From the IMG/VR virus record IMGVR_UViG_3300002895_000002, positions 149,117 through 213,116 of that record: a stretch of DNA of 64,000 bases. One strand, written 5' to 3'. Shown here piece by piece: positions 63,613-64,000 of the stretch (position 1 is the first letter of the stretch; each line of letters begins with the position of its first letter). A model generated the notes under the pieces. It saw only the letters and a list, made by a program, of their open reading frames with translations. It had not been told where the DNA came from and searched no databases. The stretch is from a virus. Taxonomy: Duplodnaviria > Caudoviricetes. The translations under genes and the position numbers were made by a program.

Positions 63613-64000
63613 ATCAATAATTCCGATAGAAAATGCTGATAAAATAGAATTGATAGAATTGGAAGATATATTATGGAAAGTAGTATGTCAAAAAAATATC
63701 CATAAGGTCGGTGATAAGGTCATCTACTGCGAGATTGACAGCATTCTCCCAGCGGAACACTTCCCTGACCTGGAAAAGTGTAACTACCGCATCAAGACGA
63801 TGAGACTCAGAGGCTGCCTGAGCCAAGGCTTCATCATACCGCTGAATGTGGCTTTGGAGATCGCTCGGCAGAACCAGGCTGCCGTGTGTCTCGATACTGG
63901 TTCTGATTGGACTCATGCTCTCGGTATCACCAAGTACGAGCCACCTGTCAAGTTCACCATGGGAGATATGGCTGGACCGTTCCCGTCTCATCTCATCCCA
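63581..64000 (+). CDS. RNA ligase, DRB0094/Rnl2-like family, 3'-partial, with an AT-rich recoded N-terminus
   Basis: AGGAG plus TTG at 63581: MRKLATVRIIKSIIPIENADKIE...GDKVIYCEIDSILP...RIKTMRLRGCLSQG...LGITKYEPP. Confidence 0.85.
   Translation, partial: MRKLATVRIIKSIIPIENADKIELIELEDILWKVVCQKNIHKVGDKVIYCEIDSILPAEHFPDLEKCNYRIKTMRLRGCLSQGFIIPLNVALEIARQNQAAVCLDTGSDWTHALGITKYEPPVKFTMGDMAGPFPSHLIP

Noticed and set aside
1-64000. tRNA, rRNA, integrase, DGR or retron genes
   Set aside because: No T-loop/acceptor-stem pattern, reverse transcriptase motif or recombinase motif was recognised by eye; tRNAscan-SE and HMM scans would be needed to exclude them fully.

Overview
This 64 kb window comes from a large T4-like (Tevenvirinae-related, myovirus) bacteriophage genome. 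From left to right it holds: the end of an intein-containing class II ribonucleotide reductase; a DinG-like helicase, a dNMP kinase, gp33, a DHH phosphoesterase and gp32; a late baseplate, tail-fibre and tail-tube module (about 10.8-37.9 kb); and an early accessory region of small genes. That early region has near-consensus sigma70 promoters, two RNA ligases, a polynucleotide kinase, a CCA-adding enzyme, HU, RadC and a methyltransferase-GT9 fusion. T4-type late promoters (T/G/C/A-ATAAATA) precede the late genes. Seven AT-rich free-standing homing endonuclease genes (HEGs; five HNH, two PD-(D/E)xK TnsA-like) are inserted. Three findings stand out. (1) Each of the three minus-strand HNH genes carries a conserved three-way-junction RNA element with extensive base-pair covariation, flanked by convergent late promoters, and one of its loops is complementary to that gene's own ribosome-binding site. 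(2) The HEG cassettes land inside 5' gene ends or promoters and supply an AT-rich recoded replacement, leaving the original start or -35 box orphaned. (3) A type IV pilin-like peptide sits next to a repeat-flanked mini-gene cassette. Many ORFs are broken by single-base indels in homopolymer runs, most likely long-read errors, so frameshift-based claims carry a caveat. I recognised no tRNA, rRNA or CRISPR array.
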